DNA of 64,000 bases from a virus (taxonomy: Duplodnaviria; Heunggongvirae; Uroviricota; Caudoviricetes), in IMG/VR virus record IMGVR_UViG_3300009093_000040, one strand, 5' to 3'. Position 1 is the stretch's first letter. Every line of letters begins with the position of its first letter. Under the pieces are notes generated by a model. It ran no database searches. It was given only the letters and a program-made list of their open reading frames with translations, and was not told the DNA's origin. Of this stretch, positions 61,805-64,000 are shown one piece after another. The position numbers were made by a program, and so were the translations under genes.

Positions 61805-64000
61805 ATGGCAGAGAAACCAAACATATCCACAAGACAATTTGATAAGCAACTTAATGAGGATGTTAGAGATTATCACTCAAGAAGTAATGCGTGGAGTTAT
61901 GCTAGAAATGCTATCAATAATAGTGTTACTGGCGATTTAGGTGATTTAGGAAATGAACCTTCGAATTATTTTTGTACACAAGCTCCTTATAGTATTATTG
62001 GAGTTATCTATTTATATGGAGATACTTTTGCTATTTTTTCTACTGATGATACCAATTCGGAAATAGGTTTATTTACAGAATCAACTTGTACTTATGTAAA
62101 AATTGTAAATGATCCTTGTTTAAATTTTAATAGAACAAACCTGATAACAGGTTCCTCTAAAGAAAACTTTGATTGTTCTTGGCATTTATACTGGTCTGAT
62201 AATAACAGAAACCCAGATAGAACTTTAAATATTAATAAGGTACCTTATATTCAAAATTGTGTTACTGTAAATAATTGTATAACGTGTACTGATACAACAC
62301 AATTAGATTGTGATAAAATAAGAATGGCTCGTTTAGTGCAAGCTCCTTGTATGAGTATTAAAAAAGGAGCTAGTGGTGGTAATCTTTTAAACGGTTCTTA
62401 TTTTGTTACACTTGCTTATACAATAAATGGGCAAAGAGTTACTGATTATTTTACTCCATCAATAGCTCAAGCTTTATTTAGTCATTCTAATGTGGCAGGA
62501 TCTGTGGATATTGAGTTAAGTAATTTAGATAAAACATTTGATGAATTTGAATTAGTTATTATAAGTGTTATTAATCAACAAACACAAGCTAAAAAATTAG
62601 GAATTTATAATACTAGACAAACACAAGTTACAGTAGATATTATCGATAATAAATTAATTGATATTCCTATAGAATTAATTCCTGTGCATAATCCAATTGC
62701 AGATAGTTCAGATGCTATTTATGAGGTTGGTAATTATTTATTAAGAATAGGACCTACCGAAAAATTTGATTTTAATTATCAACCTTTAGCTAATCAAATT
62801 GTATCGAAATGGCAAGCTATGGAATATGCTGCAGACTACTACCGTAAAGGAGGTAATCAAACAGGATATTTGAGAGATGAAAATTATGCTTTTTTTATTC
62901 AATGGGTTTATGAAGATGGAGATTTATCTTCTGCATATCATATTCCGGGAAGAGCACCTAACTCTACCGATCTTCAAGTCGTTGCTGGTGCAGATGCTCA
63001 AATCGAAATCAGTGAAGGTATAATACCGTTGAGATGGATGGTTGAAAATACTGCGAGTTTGACTGCGCTTTATCCTCCAAATACTTTAGCTCCAGATGGT
63101 ATAGGTACTTTATTATCAGAAGGTTTAATGGGTTATTGGGAATCTACAGAATTATATCCTGATGATAAACCTACCGTTTTTGGTAATCTTTGCGGGCAAG
63201 CAATTAGACATCATAAATTTCCAGAACAATCTTTACACACTACAGTAAGGCATTATAATAACACAAATAACACCATAAGAATAATGGGTGTCAAATTTGA
63301 AAACATAGTTCCTCCTGTAGATAATTCTGGTATTTTAATTCCGGGCATTGTTGGTTATCGTATCCTTAGAGGTAGTCGTGAAGGAAATAAAACAATCATT
63401 GCGAAAGGGGTCATTAATAATCTTTTTCAGTATGCTATTGAAAATAACACAAGTACGAGACAAGGTTTATATCCAAACTATCCTTACAATGATGTGCGAC
63501 CGGATCCTTATGTTTCTACAGCAGATACAATTGAGGTAGGTTGTGTAGTTAATGCTACACCTAATGCGACGGTTTCTCCTGATAACTATACGTTTCATTC
63601 TCCTGATACAGGGTTTAGAAATCCGTTTTTATCAGTTAAGGAAGTAAAAGTTTATGGAGAATTAAATGGAACAACAGAAGGTGTATTCGTACAACCTGAT
63701 AAACACCCAAAACATAAATTTTTAACTGATCTTGCATTTATTATTTCTGCAATTGCCGGTATAGGAATTGCTGCAATTGAGATGAATGGTGAAAGACGTA
63801 CAAGTTATGTTATGCCTAGAAAGAGAGCAAATTCAAATTCAGGTACTACAATTAAAGATTCTAATGATATACAAGAAACAGTTGGAGATGTAACCTCAAC
63901 GTATAGTTTAGTTGAAGCAGGAGATGTAGATGCTACAATAGATGGAGATGTTAACGCTGTAAGTTTGGGTAATAGTACCAGCGGAACACTGTTTACATTT
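61805..64000 (+). CDS. Large tail stabilisation/hub protein, truncated at the window end
   Basis: Open frame from ATG 61805 (MAEKPNISTRQFDKQLNED...YLRDENYAFFIQW...PIRHHKFP) with no stop seen before 64000; absent from the track. Confidence 0.7.
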   Translation, partial: MAEKPNISTRQFDKQLNEDVRDYHSRSNAWSYARNAINNSVTGDLGDLGNEPSNYFCTQAPYSIIGVIYLYGDTFAIFSTDDTNSEIGLFTESTCTYVKIVNDPCLNFNRTNLITGSSKENFDCSWHLYWSDNNRNPDRTLNINKVPYIQNCVTVNNCITCTDTTQLDCDKIRMARLVQAPCMSIKKGASGGNLLNGSYFVTLAYTINGQRVTDYFTPSIAQALFSHSNVAGSVDIELSNLDKTFDEFELVIISVINQQTQAKKLGIYNTRQTQVTVDIIDNKLIDIPIELIPVHNPIADSSDAIYEVGNYLLRIGPTEKFDFNYQPLANQIVSKWQAMEYAADYYRKGGNQTGYLRDENYAFFIQWVYEDGDLSSAYHIPGRAPNSTDLQVVAGADAQIEISEGIIPLRWMVENTASLTALYPPNTLAPDGIGTLLSEGLMGYWESTELYPDDKPTVFGNLCGQAIRHHKFPEQSLHTTVRHYNNTNNTIRIMGVKFENIVPPVDNSGILIPGIVGYRILRGSREGNKTIIAKGVINNLFQYAIENNTSTRQGLYPNYPYNDVRPDPYVSTADTIEVGCVVNATPNATVSPDNYTFHSPDTGFRNPFLSVKEVKVYGELNGTTEGVFVQPDKHPKHKFLTDLAFIISAIAGIGIAAIEMNGERRTSYVMPRKRANSNSGTTIKDSNDIQETVGDVTSTYSLVEAGDVDATIDGDVNAVSLGNSTSGTLFTF

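Noticed and set aside
307-63539. Numerous short opposite-strand or alternate-frame track ORFs (e.g. 307, 2406, 2941, 5939, 7082, 10270, 21972, 23494, 27246, 33038, 41871, 48079, 49818, 55020, 63348)
   Set aside because: They lie within better-supported genes and have shadow-ORF composition.
1-64000. CRISPR array, rRNA, integrase/att site or IS element
   Set aside because: No regularly spaced direct repeats, rRNA-like sequence, recombinase or transposase were seen.

Overview
This is a 64-kb segment of a large, probably lytic tailed dsDNA phage of Bacteroidota. The host inference rests on recurrent TTTG-N18-20-TAnnTTTG promoters and A-rich, SD-less starts. No integrase, rRNA or CRISPR array was seen. 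Layout from left to right: (i) 1-14.8 kb, minus-strand small genes, including a diversity-generating retroelement (RT, template repeat, two paralogous targets with adenine-only mismatches); (ii) 14.9-28 kb, accessory genes, a circularly permuted tmRNA gene, an Acb2/Tad1-like protein, stop-interrupted GroES and RyR-domain genes, a ter stress cluster and a frameshifted GIY-YIG gene; (iii) 28.3-34.5 kb, fibre and lysis genes; (iv) 34.5-38.9 kb, an array of 25 tRNAs covering all 20 amino acids, mixed with HNH genes and unassigned structured RNAs; (v) 39-64 kb, a crAss-like terminase/portal/capsid/tail module. The main observation concerns the tRNA array. It is split into three transcription units, each opened by promoter -> short leader peptide -> antiterminator/terminator. 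The central codons of each leader list the amino acids of the tRNAs that follow (L/S/Y; I/V/T/G/W/N/M/E/A/K/R/D/C; H/Q/F/P/R). This points to ribosome-stalling attenuation that switches on phage tRNAs when the matching host tRNAs are depleted. Two more mini-ORFs (Glu-containing; Lys/Arg-rich) overlap strands that pair with the 5' ends of tRNA-Glu and tRNA-Lys. All structures were folded by eye and all protein families were recognised from motifs, without database searches.
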